A stretch of DNA of 64,000 bases, from the NCBI GenBank assembly GCA_951406725.2, contig OX597820.1:113150001-113214000 (forward strand), in the 5' to 3' direction. Each line of letters begins with the position of its first letter. Position 1 is the first letter of the stretch. The stretch is from Octopus vulgaris. Its lineage: Eukaryota. The notes below the pieces were generated by a model that saw only the letters and a list, made by a program, of their open reading frames with translations, was not told the origin of the DNA and did no database searches. Made by a program: the position numbers and the translations under genes. Below, piece by piece: positions 1 to 13,859 of this stretch.

Positions 1-966
1 AGTTCAAATGTGGTCGGATATCAGTGGAAGCTGCTCCTATTCTTGAACGACCACATTCCGCCATTGATAACGACACCATCCATAAAGTGGAAGCCGCCAC
101 CTTGGAAGATAGTCGCATAACTATTCAGCAAGTAGCCCAAGAAGTGAAGATAAGTGTAAGATCCATAGAAAAAAATCATTCACGGCCATTTGCACAAGCG
201 GAAATTGTCTGCGTGATGGATTACCCGGATGTTAACATCTTTTCAGAAGCAGAAACGAGTCAATCGTCCCCAGGCTCTTTTGGCAATATACCAAGAAACC
301 GAGGACTTTTTCAGCAAACTTATCACACAGGATGAAATATGGGTCCATCACTATGATCCTGAAGTCGAAGCAATGGAAGCATGATAACTCACCACCTTCA
401 AAGAAGGCTCATGTCTAACTCTCAGCAGACAAGATGGTGCTCATAGTCTTTTGGGACTAACGCGGAGTAATGATGATAGATTTTCTGACAAAGAGTACCA
501 CAATTAACTATGCTTCTCTGCTGCAGAAATTGCGGGACACCATCAAAGCAAAAAGGTATGGCATGCTGACCAAAGAAATCCGCCTCCTCCAAGACAACAC
601 CTCAGTTGACAATGCACATATTGCCCAGATGAAAGCACACTTCTGCGGCTATGAAATCCTTCCTTATCTCCCTTATTCTCCTGACCACGCACCATCTGAC
701 TTCCACCACTTTCCAACCATGAGGTCTTTTTTGAAGGAGAACTACTTTTCGGATAATGATTAACTTATTTCCAAGGTAAAGTCTTGGTTCCAGACACAAT
801 CTACAGACTTCTACTGACGAGGTCTTCACAGCTGCATAAAGCGATGGGAGAAGTGTGTCACCATTGGTGGTGGCTATGTAGAGAAGGACTTATAGATATA
901 CCAAGTTTCGTTTATCCCAGTTCTTTGGAAGTGGGCCAGGGGAAATATTTAATGAACACTCCCTCG
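1..966 (+). mobile_element. Mariner (D,D34D) transposon, degenerate, 5' part outside window
   Basis: Frameshifted transposase with ...ITQDEIWVHHYDPE, VFWD*RGVMMIDFL and LLQDN-x34-D (LPYSPDHAPSDFH). The 3' TIR-like end ...aatgaacactccctcg is followed by TA at 967-968. Confidence 0.9.
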
Positions 967-1204
967 TATGTATGTTCTTCTCTTTCTCTTTTTAATTTTA
1001 AAATGAATTTTTACCGGATCCCTACTCGGTAGCAAGGTTGTGAAGGAAAGTTATCTTCTTTTAACCATCATTCTTTAAATTTTAAGAAGGTTTTGCAGAC
1101 TTTTATCGTCCCAGATATCATGGTCATTTGTAACATATGAATTAAGGATTTGCATTCTCTCCCCAAGATCCCATTTTCACACATACTTTGCTCTGCATGG
1201 GTTG

Positions 1205-1268
1205 GTATGTATGTATGTATGTATGTATGTATGTATGTATGTATGTATGTATGTATGTGTGTATGTAT
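1205..1268. repeat. (TATG)n microsatellite
   Basis: Direct tetranucleotide tandem run. Confidence 0.95.
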
Positions 1269-1669
1269 GGAAGACGAATTAACATTGATGGTGCAGTGTC
1301 TCTCTCTTTGGGTCCTACAAGTCTGTGAGATGCCCAAGTACCATCAGTCATGCCATAGACTAAAAGGGGCCCAAATTAAGGGTTTAGTATATCTAGGTTA
1401 GTTCTAGTGTATTTACTACCACTGTTTGCTTGCTCCATGCTGAATATCAATGAAGTCAATACAAAGATCGATAAGAGATATAACAGTGCTGTGATCGTGT
1501 GGCAGGCAGTGTGTATCTAGGTTAGGGAAATATCGATGTTATAACAAGACAAAGAGCTAGCAACATTGATTGCTATATAACGTTCTTTTGTATTGGATCT
1601 CACTGCTGCTTCCAAACGATGTTGGCGGCGGAGACTAGGAATGTGGGTGTGGCGTGGGCAACGGGGAAG

Positions 1670-1768
1670 TGATGCTGCTGTTGTTGTTATTGTTGCTGTT
1701 GTTGGTAGTTGTGGTGTTAGTGGTGGTGGTGGTGTTAGTGGTGGTGGTGGTAGTGGTGGTGATGTTGC

Positions 1769-1800
<32 letters not shown>

Positions 1801-2030
1801 ATGATGATAATGAGAAGGAGGAGGAGGGGAGAAGAAGGAGGAGGAGGGGAGAAGAAGGAGGAGGAGGATGGCAATGATAATGGCGATGGTGATGATGATG
1901 ATGATCAAGATAGGGATGATGATGAAAAAGAAGATGGCAATGAGGATGAGGGAGATGACGGTGGGGTGATGTTGAATGATGAAGATGAAGAGGAGGGGGA
2001 TGAGGATGATGATGATGTGGGGAAGGAGAT
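1670..2030. repeat. Compound trinucleotide low-complexity tract (GTT/GGT/GCT/GAT/GAG)
   Basis: Successive triplet runs explain the homopolymeric ORFs seen in several frames. Confidence 0.9.
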
Positions 2031-2972
2031 GTAGGTGTGTAATGTGGGGGAGGTTGAATTGTCAGAGGCAGAATGATGGTGTAGTTGTATGGGGTGGGGT
2101 GCAAGAGTGTGTGTGTGTGTTTTTGTGCGTGCGTTCGCGCGCTTATGAATGTGCGAGTGTGTAGTAATAATTATGTGTATGTACATTGGTATGACTGCGT
2201 GTTAGATTAGAGTGTGTCAATGTGTGCATGTGTGTATCTACGTATTTATGTGTGTGTGTGTGTGTTTGAGACAGTATATGTGTTTGTTTGTGTGTGTCTG
2301 TGTGTGTGTTTATGGGGAGGTGCGCACATGTATGGAGCAGAGAGTGAAAGTATGTATAAAAAGGGTATAGAATGTGTGTATGCTTCAGGAATGGTTGGTG
2401 GATGAAAGTACTGAGATGTATGTGTGCATAAGTGTGTGTATATGTCCGTCCGTGCGTGAGTATGCATGTGCATGTGTGTGTCTGTAAGTATGCATGCATA
2501 TGTGTGCACGCGCGCGTGTGTGAAAGCATCGTTTTTTGCATTTCCCTTCAAAACACATTTTATTCAAGCATTACTATAAATGAAATTTTCTTTGGAGTAC
2601 TAATAAAATCAACTATAAATGCCTAAAGAGAGGTTGCCCTCAATGTCCGGCGGTGGACAACAGAAAAAAAGTAGTTTCTTTCAAAATTTAATTCACACAT
2701 ATTACCTTCCATATCCAAAATGGCTACCATACATAATTACACTACACGACTGAACACGGCAATGACTAAAACATGGCACAAAGCGAAGAAAAGACGCCAC
2801 TGAATGTAGGAAGAAGACAAGGAACCGTATAAGGAACAATTAAGAGAATAAAATGGTCCAAATATTCAAATAAGTTAGTATAATACAACGACAATAAGAA
2901 GAAGTGCAATTACTGTAGCGACTCTCATACAAAGTCAAATTCTGCAGCCCGATTATATAATAAACTGTGTGA

Positions 2973-3368
2973 AGGCGACGAGCTGGGCGAAATGCATAGC
3001 TGTATTTCGTCTGCCGTTACGTTCTGAGTTCAAATTCCGCCGAGGTCGGCTTTGCCTTTCATCCTTTCGGGGTCGATAAATTTAGTACCAGTTACGCACT
3101 GGAGTCGATGTAATCGACTTAATACCTATGTCTGTCCTTGTTTGTTCCCTCTGTGTTTAGCCCCTTGTGGGTAATAAAGAAATAGGTATTTCGTCTGCCG
3201 TTACGTTCTGAGTTCAAATTCCGCCGAGGTCGGCTTTGCCTTTCATCCTTTCGGGGTCGATAAATTTAGTACCAGTTACGCACTGGAGTCGATGTAATCG
3301 ACTTAATCCGTTTGTCTGTTCTTGTTTGTCCCCTCTATGTTTAACCCCTTGTGGGAAAAAAAGGAATA
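2973..3368 (+). mobile_element. tRNA-derived SINE family A, tandem dimer
   Basis: Contains B-box-like gagttcaaattcc and core gcctttcatcctttcggggtcgataaa. The body repeats with a 184-bp period (3003 and 3187). Flanked by direct repeat tatataataaactgtgtgaaggc (2954-2976, 3369-3391). Confidence 0.88.
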
Positions 3369-5549
3369 TATATAATAAACTGTGTGAAGGCAATCCTTCC
3401 GTTAATACAAAATGGACTAACGGAACTTTTAGATCTATCACACTTGCAAGAAGGAAAAATGTAAGCAAGGGGATTTCGCAAAACCAAACAGAATTGCTTT
3501 GCCACAGGAATTAATCCAGAAGACGGCAAAGGGTAAAAATTCCATATCTCTGCTTATAGAAAGACAGAAGCGTATTAAATCTTCCTCACATCAAGTAGTA
3601 CAACAGACTCCCCAGAACATATTAGGAGTTCTCTCAACTAAAAAAAATGCAAAAGCTCTGGCACTATCTGCTATACCTTTAAAACCGAAAGCCGCTAAAA
3701 CAGGCTGAAACTGTCAGACATACCTATGACTATGCATGTGTGCCCCTGTAGAGGGGTCAATGAAATACAAGAATGATGATAAGAGACATTGGATACAATG
3801 TAGACCGATAGTTAACAGTGACTTTTGTGTTACATTATGTGGAAGTTGCCAAAGCAGGCTTAACGAAAAATGCGATCTCGTAGAGGGGAATCAAAATGAT
3901 CTTGTAAATCCTAATGTCCCCCCACCAAAAGCCTCACATCCGTACCAGAACTGAGCTGAGTAGAAGGCACTGAGGCGAAGAGTATTAGATGAATGATACG
4001 GTGCAGAAAGTCTAGTTGCTACATTCGTCAAAGCAAAACACCTCTTGCAGCTGAATTCTCGGGAAAATGGAACGATTAAGAAAAGAAAAAAACATAAGGA
4101 AAACGAAAGTATGGGAGAGCAAAAGGAACAATAAATCCTAATTCCCAGAACACGAATACCAGAAAAAGATGAATAATCAACTCGTCTCCTGTCTGTAGTA
4201 CCGCACCTTAATCAAGCGATGACAATCCGCAAACAATCGATAAAAATACGAAAGAAAAATAGGGAAAATCAGAACAAATGAAGATTCAACATAAAACACA
4301 GCAAAAGACGTAAGAAAGAAAAATTTCTTCCAAGTGACAACGAAATCTCGCCTCGGGAAAATAAGAGAAAAAAATGAAGCGGACGAATATTCACCGTTCT
4401 TCGAAAATCAAACAAAACAGCAGACGAAATCATGCGTCTCTGGTGCTACGGACTCTCTAAAGCTGTTCGAGTAACACAGAAAGAATTGGGTTCAGAATAT
4501 AAACAATATGGAAAAGATTGATTTCTAATCAAATTAAAATTTGTACATAATAGCCTCAAAATGTTGGTGGCTTTTGAGCACTAAATTCCACAAAAAGTGC
4601 TCAGTGGTGCATTTAGATGGCACTCAAACGAATCTGAAGGATGGTTAAGTGAATGCAAATATGTGTATGCATACATACAGCATTTATTCTGGTTCTTAAT
4701 ATTCTAGGTTTAAATTCTGCCGATGTCAACTTTGCCGCTCGCATTTTTGGAGTCAATGAAATACAGTACCAGTCAAGTACTGGGGTCGATATAATAGACT
4801 TGCCTCCCACCTCCTTAAAACTGGTAGCCTTGTGCCAAAATATGAAACGATTATTAATGTATTATTGACAGCAGTGTATAAGTGAGTTAGTAGAATAACA
4901 GAGGGACAAAATCCCTTTTGTATATAGTTGTACACTTCTACATTCGGCGTTCAAATCCCACCAGGATTAACTTCTCATTTCTCCTAAAGTCAATACGAAA
5001 TAAATCAGTCATATAGTGATTACTTGCCTTCACGCTGCTCACTAATTTGAAGGGATGTAATTGATTAACTAAATACGTAAGGTTTTTCTGCTCTACTAAG
5101 TCCTGCTGTTAGTCAGCAACAAATTAACTACTTCAATCATAGGCAAGAAGCCAGAAATATGGAGGAGGGCGTTGATTGATATCATCATCCCAATTACTTG
5201 ACTGGTATTTTATTTAAGGGACCCTAGAAGAATGAGAGGCAAAGTTGACCGTGAGGAAATATTGACTCAGAACATAAAGTTCGTAAGAAGTCAGAAGAAA
5301 TATCGCAAAGCGTTTTGTCTGATACGCTAACAATTTTACCAGTTTGTTGTCTTCATGAAAATTATAATAATAATTCTTTCTACTTTGGGCACAAAGCCTG
5401 AAATTTTAGGGAAGGGAAGTCAATTACATCGACCTCGAAAGTATGAAAGGCAGAGTTGAATTTGAAATCTGAACGTACAGCCGGAAAAATACCACAAGAC
5501 GTTTTCTCCGACACGATAACGATTCTGCTAGCTCGAATAACAATAATAA

Positions 5550-5900
5550 TTTTTTCGTGGCGGTCGGGCCCCTCATCTGGGATGCCACATGCTGTGACAC
5601 CTTCTCCGTGGCAACTTGGTGTGTTCAGCTACCAGACCAGGCTCCGCTGTTCCTCGTCAGACTGAGAAAAGCAAACTGTCAAAAATCAGTAACTCTCCGA
5701 CAGGTTTATGATCGAGTTTTTGGCGGTGGAGACCTCCAGCGTTCTCAACCCTCGGGCCATAGCTCTACTCATCGCTATCAGGGCGGATATAGCTATCCAC
5801 AAGTGTAATCCCCATGAATCAGAGTAGCTATTCCAGTGCATCTCCCTCACCATCCTCCGGGGCAACGCTTTCCCATTCGGACTGCCGGGACCATGAGGCG
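5550..5900 (+). mobile_element. 3' remnant of an RLE-type non-LTR retrotransposon (CRE-like)
   Basis: Decayed restriction-like endonuclease motifs across frames: PLIWDATCCDTFS ... EKSK ... AVETS ... ISLTILRGNA. Confidence 0.6.
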
Positions 5901-6612
5901 GTCTGAATTACAGGAAATCGAGATGATGTAAGAATTTCGTTGCTTTTTACACGAATAATAAGCTTATTCATTTTTTTTATCATTTGGTACAAAGGCAGAC
6001 ATTCTGAGAGAAGGTGAAGAGAAACTGAATGATTCTCAGGAGGTGGTGAGAATTTATTTCATCAACCTGGGAAAGGTAAAATGTAAAACCTTGGGTCGAC
6101 CAGAGCTTTGATGAGGAAACTGCATAGAAGCCCACGGGAGAGACAGCTTCTATCCTTAGGTTGTACACTAATCTAACATCCAGTTTTACAGGATTTTCAT
6201 TGCAAATATGATGTCGGTAGCCTCCATCTAAATTTCTACATGGAGAAGAATTTCTATGTAATCTCCTTCCAACTACCCAGATACAGACTAATACAAAGAA
6301 AATGTTGTTCTTTCATTCTTTTCTCTAGATATATTTTCTTTTTCATGGCTCCCCTTCTGAATAAACGGATGTTTGTATATCGTTAAAATAGTTGGAACTT
6401 CTTCAACATGCATTGTTTATTCAAGTTAAAAGGATTAATAATGCTGTACATTTACTGCACTGGTTTGTGTTAAATAATATATTTCACTCTCTCCATAATA
6501 GATTACAGATATTTAGTGAAAAAATATGTATATAAATAAATTCCTATTTTAAAAGTACATGTGCGCGCGTGCCTATACGTATGTATGTAATGTGTGCATG
6601 TATGTATGTCAT

Positions 6613-6642
6613 AATCGTCGTCGTCGTCGGTCGTCGTCGTCG

Positions 6643-6715
<73 letters not shown>

Positions 6716-6920
6716 TATCATCGTCATAATTTAACTTCCGTTTTCCATGCTGGCAAGGGTTGAAGGGTTTGATAGCCGGCAAGCCGGAGAGCTGTTTTGG
6801 CACGACTTCCACAACTTGATACCCTTCCTAACGCCAACCACATTTTACAGAATGTACAGGGTGATTTTTTTTTATGCGGCACCAGTACAGGAACTTTTTA
6901 CATGGCACCAGCACAGGTGT
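6613..6920 (-). mobile_element. SINE-like family D remnant with (ATG)n tail
   Basis: (CAT)n run joined to tttaacttccgttttccatgctggcaagggttg. Related copies lie near 50480-50690, 53870-53912/54573-54700, 59720-59820 and 60680-60915. Confidence 0.6.
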
Positions 6921-6928
6921 GCATAGAG

Positions 6929-6929
<1 letters not shown>

Positions 6930-6959
<30 letters not shown>

Positions 6960-7049
6960 TGTATGTATGTATGTATGTATGTATGTATGCATGTATGTAT
7001 GTATGCATGTATGTATGTATGTGTGTGTATATATATGTATATATATGTA

Positions 7050-7098
<49 letters not shown>

Positions 7099-7133
7099 AT
7101 GTATGTATATATATATATATACATATATATATG

Positions 7134-7226
<93 letters not shown>

Positions 7227-7245
7227 GCATGTATGTATGTATATA
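6930..7245. repeat. (TATG)n/(TA)n compound microsatellite
   Basis: Tandem runs. Confidence 0.95.
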
Positions 7246-7774
7246 TCAATATCTATAAATCTGAAATGCGAGAAGTTTGTTTGTCCGGGTTTGGCATTGG
7301 AACGAGTTAAAGGGCACTAGATCCCGTCGGATTGACTCCAAAATTTACAGGGACGTATAAAATGAGGTGAGGATGCGAGTGGGTTAGGTTAGAAATCCCT
7401 ATCTTAAAAGGTGTCGTTACTAGGGCAAAAAACGCACACTTTGACAAGTCTTCTCTCTTTCTCTTATCTGCATGTCTTCCTCCGTCTCTCTCTGTTTCCT
7501 CCCTTCCCATCACTTTCTCTCTATAACGACGTTTGACAGATACTACTATCTTTCCCTCGCTGCCTTCGCCAGCGCTGTCCTTCTTTCCCCCACCGCCTCC
7601 CTCTCTCTCTCTCTCTGTATGTCTGTCTGCATTCCTAGAGAGTTTTATTATCGCCACCACCACCACACAATCATGAGAACAAATATTATGAATCAGATAT
7701 TTATTGGGTTAATTTATATATGTGTGTGTGTATTCTATATATAAATATGTATATATACAAAGTGTATATATCTG

Positions 7775-7818
<44 letters not shown>

Positions 7819-7843
7819 GTATACATTTGTACATATAATACGT

Positions 7844-7898
<55 letters not shown>

Positions 7899-7900
7899 GC

Positions 7901-7931
<31 letters not shown>

Positions 7932-8827
7932 GTGTGCATTATGTGGTCGGTTGAGCTGAAAATATGCACATCTATGTTAAAAGTGCTGGCGAGTTTGCAT
8001 GGCAACTATTTGTTTCCTCAAATAAAAGGCGTGACCTCTAGGACAAAATTCCTCATCTTATAAAATATGGCCCGAGTAGACCTGAATGAAATCGGGTTAT
8101 ATTAACCAAAATGTGAAAAGGGGTCTAAATGGGGCTGGAAGGGGATTAAAATTTACAGGAACGGGTGTTTAGGAATTCTCTGTTACATCAAGCTAAAAAA
8201 TTTGCACCAGCCTTTAAATCTTCAATGTGTTGCCGTCCATGATGAAGAAGTTTTGAATGCTTCCATTGGCGAGTCTACTGTCGTGAGAAAGAATCACTTC
8301 AAAACTTGGTGTTTAGGAATTTTCTTTTACATCAAGTTCAAAATTTTACGCCAGCCGTTAAACTGCCACTACGTTGCTGTCTGTCGTTAAGAAATGCCAG
8401 CCATGATGACTCTACTATCCTCAGATTCTATCCCTTCAAAATTTGGTTTCCAATATTTTTTTATTTTTATTCAGCTCGCAAGTTCGTCTGTCCCTTTTAA
8501 ATGTTAGTGTTTTGCTGTCTGCCTTGAAGCAGACCTTTCCGTTGTCACTGCCTGATATTTATGATTGATCTTTCAAAATATATTCTTTCTCAACTTACTC
8601 AAGATCTTTTGTTGTTTATAAATCGGAGAGAGATAGATAGAGAAAGATAGCGAGTAAGAGAAAGCGATGGAGAGTCCGAGAGAAAGGAAGAGTAAGAGAG
8701 TGGGAAAGTGAGAGAGAAAGAAGAGAGAAACAAAGAGGGAGAATGTGGTGATAATAAACAGAAAGGAAGCAACAGAAAATAACAACCACACTCTTACCCA
8801 TGTGTAGAGCGGGTCACCTTAAGCTAG
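7246..8827 (+). mobile_element. Non-autonomous Helitron
   Basis: 5' end A|TCaatatctataaa...gtttgtttgtcc. 3' hairpin accc(8796-8799)...gggt(8811-8814) followed by CTAG|T (8824-8828). Inserted in a (TA)n tract. Confidence 0.7.
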
Positions 8828-8830
8828 TAT

Positions 8831-8912
<82 letters not shown>

Positions 8913-9132
8913 TATTTATATATATAGAGTAATGTACTTGAATCAAAAGTCATGGAAACCAGAAATCCAGAGTGGATGCGGTAAGAGTTAAAAATAATTT
9001 TAGAGAGAATAGCTATATTGCAAAGATTTAATGCTTTAGCAAAGAAAGTCTGCTTTTGCTAATTCTATAGTTCTTCTAAAACCTGTAAGTACCATATGTG
9101 TATGTGTGTATGTATGCATGTATGTTTGTATG

Positions 9133-9163
<31 letters not shown>

Positions 9164-9399
9164 ATGTATGAATATGTATATACGTATGTATGTACACATA
9201 CACATGCACACGCACACATATTTTAGAATTTTGAAAGTACCCGCAAAAGCAGTTGATGGGGATGATAGATTTATATTTAGAGATTATTTTTTGAATGGGA
9301 AGCATTATTGATGCTGTAAGTAGCATAGAGGTGAAATGAAGCTACCAATGGCCATATTGTATCATAAATTTCACAGCTTTTTCAGTAGCAAGAAACTAC

Positions 9400-9640
9400 A
9401 CGAAGACCAGGAAGACATTGTGATACTGGTAAATGACGTGTTTGAAGAAATCTTTTAGAAGATGACGTGGTTCAGTTACTAGGGTCTCACACACAAAGAT
9501 TGTATAATGCGAAGCTGATATTAAAAAGAGTAAGCTTTCAAAGAGAAAGTTTGTCTACGGAGTATAGAATTTTCATTTCAAAAGAATATGGCTAAAGAGT
9601 TGGTTCTTATAAAGGTAATGTATCCAAACGAATGATAATA
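9400..9640 (+). mobile_element. Possible pogo/Tigger transposase C-terminal remnant
   Basis: Decayed FEE...EDDVVQLLGSH...L.NAKL-like peptide. Confidence 0.35.
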
Positions 9641-9655
9641 GTTACATGAATTTAT

Positions 9656-9814
9656 CAGGGGCGGACCTTTGGGGTGGGAGATGAGGGACACGTGCCCCAA
9701 TCAAGAAAAGAAGTATGCCTTTCTAAATAATATTATTACGCCCTTTTCTCCTGGAATTGTATTCCTTTCTGACCTTGTGCCCTTCTCTTCGAAAAATTCC
9801 TAGGACCGCGCCTG
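9656..9814. mobile_element. Small hAT-like MITE
   Basis: Imperfect TIRs caggggcggacct / aggaccgcgcctg. No convincing TSD. Confidence 0.5.
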
Positions 9815-10126
9815 GTTTTATGATAAACCCAGTTCTTTCTTATACTGTGCTGTTCAAGGAGATGATGCACTATAAACACGAAACACCCTTGAATGAGTCC
9901 TTTATAGCAGACATTCCCCATTTTCCTAGTAACTTTCCGTCAACATCACTTGTGGTAACTGCATACAATAATACACTATACTATTTTATTCTCTGATATA
10001 TATCTCTTAGATATGAGTATGTGTATATGTCTATGTGTTTGTGTGTATATGTGCATGTATGTGTGTGTGTGTGTGTATGCGCGCGCGCGTGTGTGTCTAT
10101 GTATACATACATAATTGGTATTCCGC

Positions 10127-10440
10127 CGCTTACGACGGCGAAGGTTTCAGCTGATCAACGGAACATCCGGCTCGTGAAATTTACGTGCGAGTGGCTGAGC
10201 ATTGTACAGACATTCGTACACCTTAACGTAGATGTCAGGAAGATTCGGTGAGACACAGAATGGGACGAAGCTGGTCCTTTAAGGCACAGTCACAACGCAC
10301 TTTTGCCAGCTGAGTAGATTGGGGCAACGTGAAATAAAGCAGATTGTCCAAGTACGCAACGCGCCGCCGTGAATCGAGTGAATCGAACTCACAGCCTTAC
10401 GATCACGAGCCGAATATGCCTAACCACTAAACCACACACC
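10127..10440 (-). mobile_element. tRNA-derived SINE, mosaic (middle like 41767-42100, tail like 42790-43178)
   Basis: Minus strand shows A/B-box-like head tggtttagtggtt...gagttcgattc, middle tttatttcacgttgccccaatctactcagctg and tail ctacgttaagg...tgctcagccac...cgtcgtaa. Confidence 0.7.
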
Positions 10441-10446
10441 TTCACT

Positions 10447-10506
10447 ACATACATACATACATATATACATACATACATACACACATACATACATACATAC
10501 ATACAT

Positions 10507-10537
<31 letters not shown>

Positions 10538-10815
10538 TACATACATACATACATACATACATACATACATACATACATACATACATACATACATACATAC
10601 ATACATACATACATACATACATACATACATACATACATACATACATACATACATACATACATACATACATACATACAACATACATACATACATACATACA
10701 CACATACACACATACATACATACATACATACATACATACATACATACATACATACATACACACACACTCCATACATACATACATACATACATACATACAT
10801 ACATACATACATACA

Positions 10816-10844
<29 letters not shown>
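10447..10844. repeat. (CATA)n microsatellite
   Basis: About 400-bp tandem run. Confidence 0.95.
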
Positions 10845-10847
<3 letters not shown>

Positions 10848-10974
10848 CGTGTGCTATTGTGAATGGGTTTAAAATTTGAGATTTTTATGATTAAAAGTAG
10901 TTGTCGACTGGGACACCGCTAACTTTGATAACAATAACCGTCTGATAATATTATCTGTGCTTATAATAACCAGC

Positions 10975-11215
10975 TTCTGAGTTGGCAGAATCGTTTGCAC
11001 GCCGGGCGAAATGCTTAGCGGGGCCCTATTTTCGTCTGTCGTTACGTTCTGAGTTCAAATTCTATTTGCCGAGGATCAACTTTGCCTTTCATCCTTATCG
11101 GGGTCGATAAACCAAATTTACCAGTTTCTAACGATTGATATAATCGACTCAATCCCTTCTGTCTCTCCTTGTTTGTTCTCTCTATGTTTAGCCCCTTCTG
11201 GGCAGTAAAGAAATA
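10975..11215 (+). mobile_element. SINE family A copy (duplicated at 12783-13010)
   Basis: gagttggcagaatcgtt...gagttcaaatt...gggtcgataa...gtaaagaaat. Confidence 0.85.
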
Positions 11216-11239
11216 TATTTTGTTTCATATTTTTATCTC

Positions 11240-11880
11240 CTCCTTTTCGCCTTCGGCCCAGTGCGTCCATGCTGCCAACAAAGCACGCGGAATTCTGTTC
11301 TTGATTCGACGGTCATTCGGAATGCTCACAGCAGCCATATTCCTACCACTCTGTCACGCTGGTGAGACCCATATTGGAGTATGGGATTCAAGCCTCTTCT
11401 CCTTATCTCCTCAAAGACATACAGCATCTCACAAACAGTCCAGAAGCTGGCTACCCGCATGGTTCATGGTCATCAAAAATTTGTCCTACGAAGAAAGGCT
11501 GAGGACGCTCGACCTTTATTCTCTTGAAAAACGCCGCCGCCGTGGTGATTTCATTTTCGCCCACAACATCATAAGCGGAAAGTGTAACCTCTCGAAAGAG
11601 CTGTTCTTCACTCCTGCTCCAGAGCGTCGGCTGCGGGGTCACTCCGAAAAGCTCTACCTGCGACGATTTCATCTCAATCGAAGGAGAGGAGCTTTCTCCG
11701 TCCGGGTTGCGGATCTGTGGAACAAGCTGCCAGGAGATGGTGATATGTGACGACCGCTTTATATAATCGACCCCAAGTGGCCTGAACTCTTTACATGAAC
11801 ACTGTACTTAACTCCATGTCCCCCTACATGGCGATCGCTATTGCTTTGAGCCAAATTAACTAACTAACTAACTAACTAAC
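11240..11880 (+). mobile_element. CR1-clade LINE, 5'-truncated 3' end
   Basis: Frameshifted AANKARGIL..IRRSF, LVRPILEYG, LSYEERLRTLDLYSLEKRR.RGD, RGHSEKL and FSVRVADLWNKLP. Ends in a (CTAA)n tail. Confidence 0.88.
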
Positions 11881-12621
11881 ATACATACATACATACGTAC
11901 ACACACACACACACACGCGCACACATACATACATACATACATACATACATACATACATACATACATACATACATACATACATGCATGCATACATACATAC
12001 ATACATACATTCATAGATATATATACATACATACATACATACATACATACACACATACATACATACATACATACATACATACACACATACATACATACAT
12101 ACATACATACACACATACATACATACATACATACATACATACATACATACATACATACACACACACATACATACATACATACATACATACATACATACAT
12201 ACATACATACATACATACATACATACATGCATGCATACATACATACATGCATGCATACATACATACATACATACATACATACATACATACACACATACAT
12301 ACATACATACATACATACATACATACATACATACATACATACATACATACATACATACATACATACATACACACATACATACATACATACATACATACAT
12401 GCATGCATGCATGCATACATACATACATGCATGCATACATACATACATACATACATACATACATACATGCATGCATACATACATACATACATACATGCAT
12501 ACATACATGCATGCATACATACATACATACATACATACATACATACATACATACATACATACATACATACATACGTACACACACACACGCGCGCACATAC
12601 ATACATACATACATACATACA

Positions 12622-12650
<29 letters not shown>
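11880..12650. repeat. (CATA)n compound microsatellite
   Basis: About 770-bp tandem run with CATG/CACA variants. Confidence 0.95.
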
Positions 12651-12653
<3 letters not shown>

Positions 12654-12782
12654 CGTGTGCTATTGTGAATGGGTTTAAAATTTGAGATTTTTATGATTAA
12701 AAGTAGTTGTCGACTGGGACACCGCTAACTTTGATAACAATAACCGTCTGATAATATTATCTGTGCTTATAATAACCAGCTT

Positions 12783-13010
12783 CTGAGTTGGCAGAATCGT
12801 TTGCACGCCGGGCGAAATGCTTAGCGGTATTTTCGTCTGTCGTTACGTTCTGAGTTCAAATTCCGCCGAGGTCAACTTTGCCTTTCATCCTTTCGGGGTC
12901 GATAAATAAAGTACCAGTTTCGCACTGGGGTCGATATAATCGACTCAATCCCTTCGTCTCTCCTTGTTTGTTCTCTCTATGTTTAGCCCCTTCTGGGCAG
13001 TAAAGAAATA
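12783..13010 (+). mobile_element. SINE family A copy
   Basis: tRNA-like head, B box and catcctttcggggtcgataaa core. Confidence 0.88.
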
Positions 13011-13461
13011 TATTTTGTTTCATATTTTTATCTCCCCATTTTAGTCTCTCGTGCTTTCTTTTTCTCACTTTTTATTTTATATTTTGGTTCGCATCTTACA
13101 CCGACAAATTCCGTATTGATTAATAATAGGGAGTTAGGATGATACCCATCATTTTTCTGTAACACACACACACACACACACACAAACAGAAGTATACAAA
13201 CACACAATAATACACATAAACAAGCATTGTATGTGATACAGTGTTTGTGGAAAAGAATACGTAACAGAAATTAGGTCACCTGACCTGGTTTCATATAGGG
13301 CTGCTAAAAGTGATAGAGGTCGCAGCAGTCGCAGCAGTAGTAGGTAAGAGTTGTGTGGGTGGGTGGGTGGGTGTATATGTGTTTATATAATCGACTAAAT
13401 CGATTAAAACTCTTGAACACGTATCCCAACACGATCGTAGTTAAGTCGACAGAAATCTATT

Positions 13462-13499
<38 letters not shown>

Positions 13500-13859
13500 G
13501 TATATGTATACATATATATGTATGTATGTATTCATACATTATATGGTATATGTGCGTGGTATCATTGTATGCTTAGCATGAGTATGTATTTTATAGTTAT
13601 GTTGTTGTGAGTGTTGCTGTGTTATGTATCTTGTTTGTGACTGGGTACGAAGCTTTGTGTTGTTATGTAGATGAAATATGGAAAGTGTACTTCAGTTTAT
13701 GTGTTTTTATACAATGTATGTGGGCGAGCTATATTGTATATATAGATATACGTATAATACATATACACACATATTGTTGTAGTTGATCTTGGATGTGAAT
13801 GTATATGTGCGTAAGTGTGTGAAGTGGCGATGTGTGTGTGAGTTAAACAAAAAGAAAAA

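Noticed and set aside
1517-2186. Long His/Pro/Ala/Asp-rich ORFs
   Set aside because: Open on both strands purely because of triplet repeats; no domain or splice evidence.
6797-12685. YIHT/MYVC/YI-repeat ORFs (also throughout the window)
   Set aside because: Translations of (CATA)n, (TA)n and (CA)n microsatellites.
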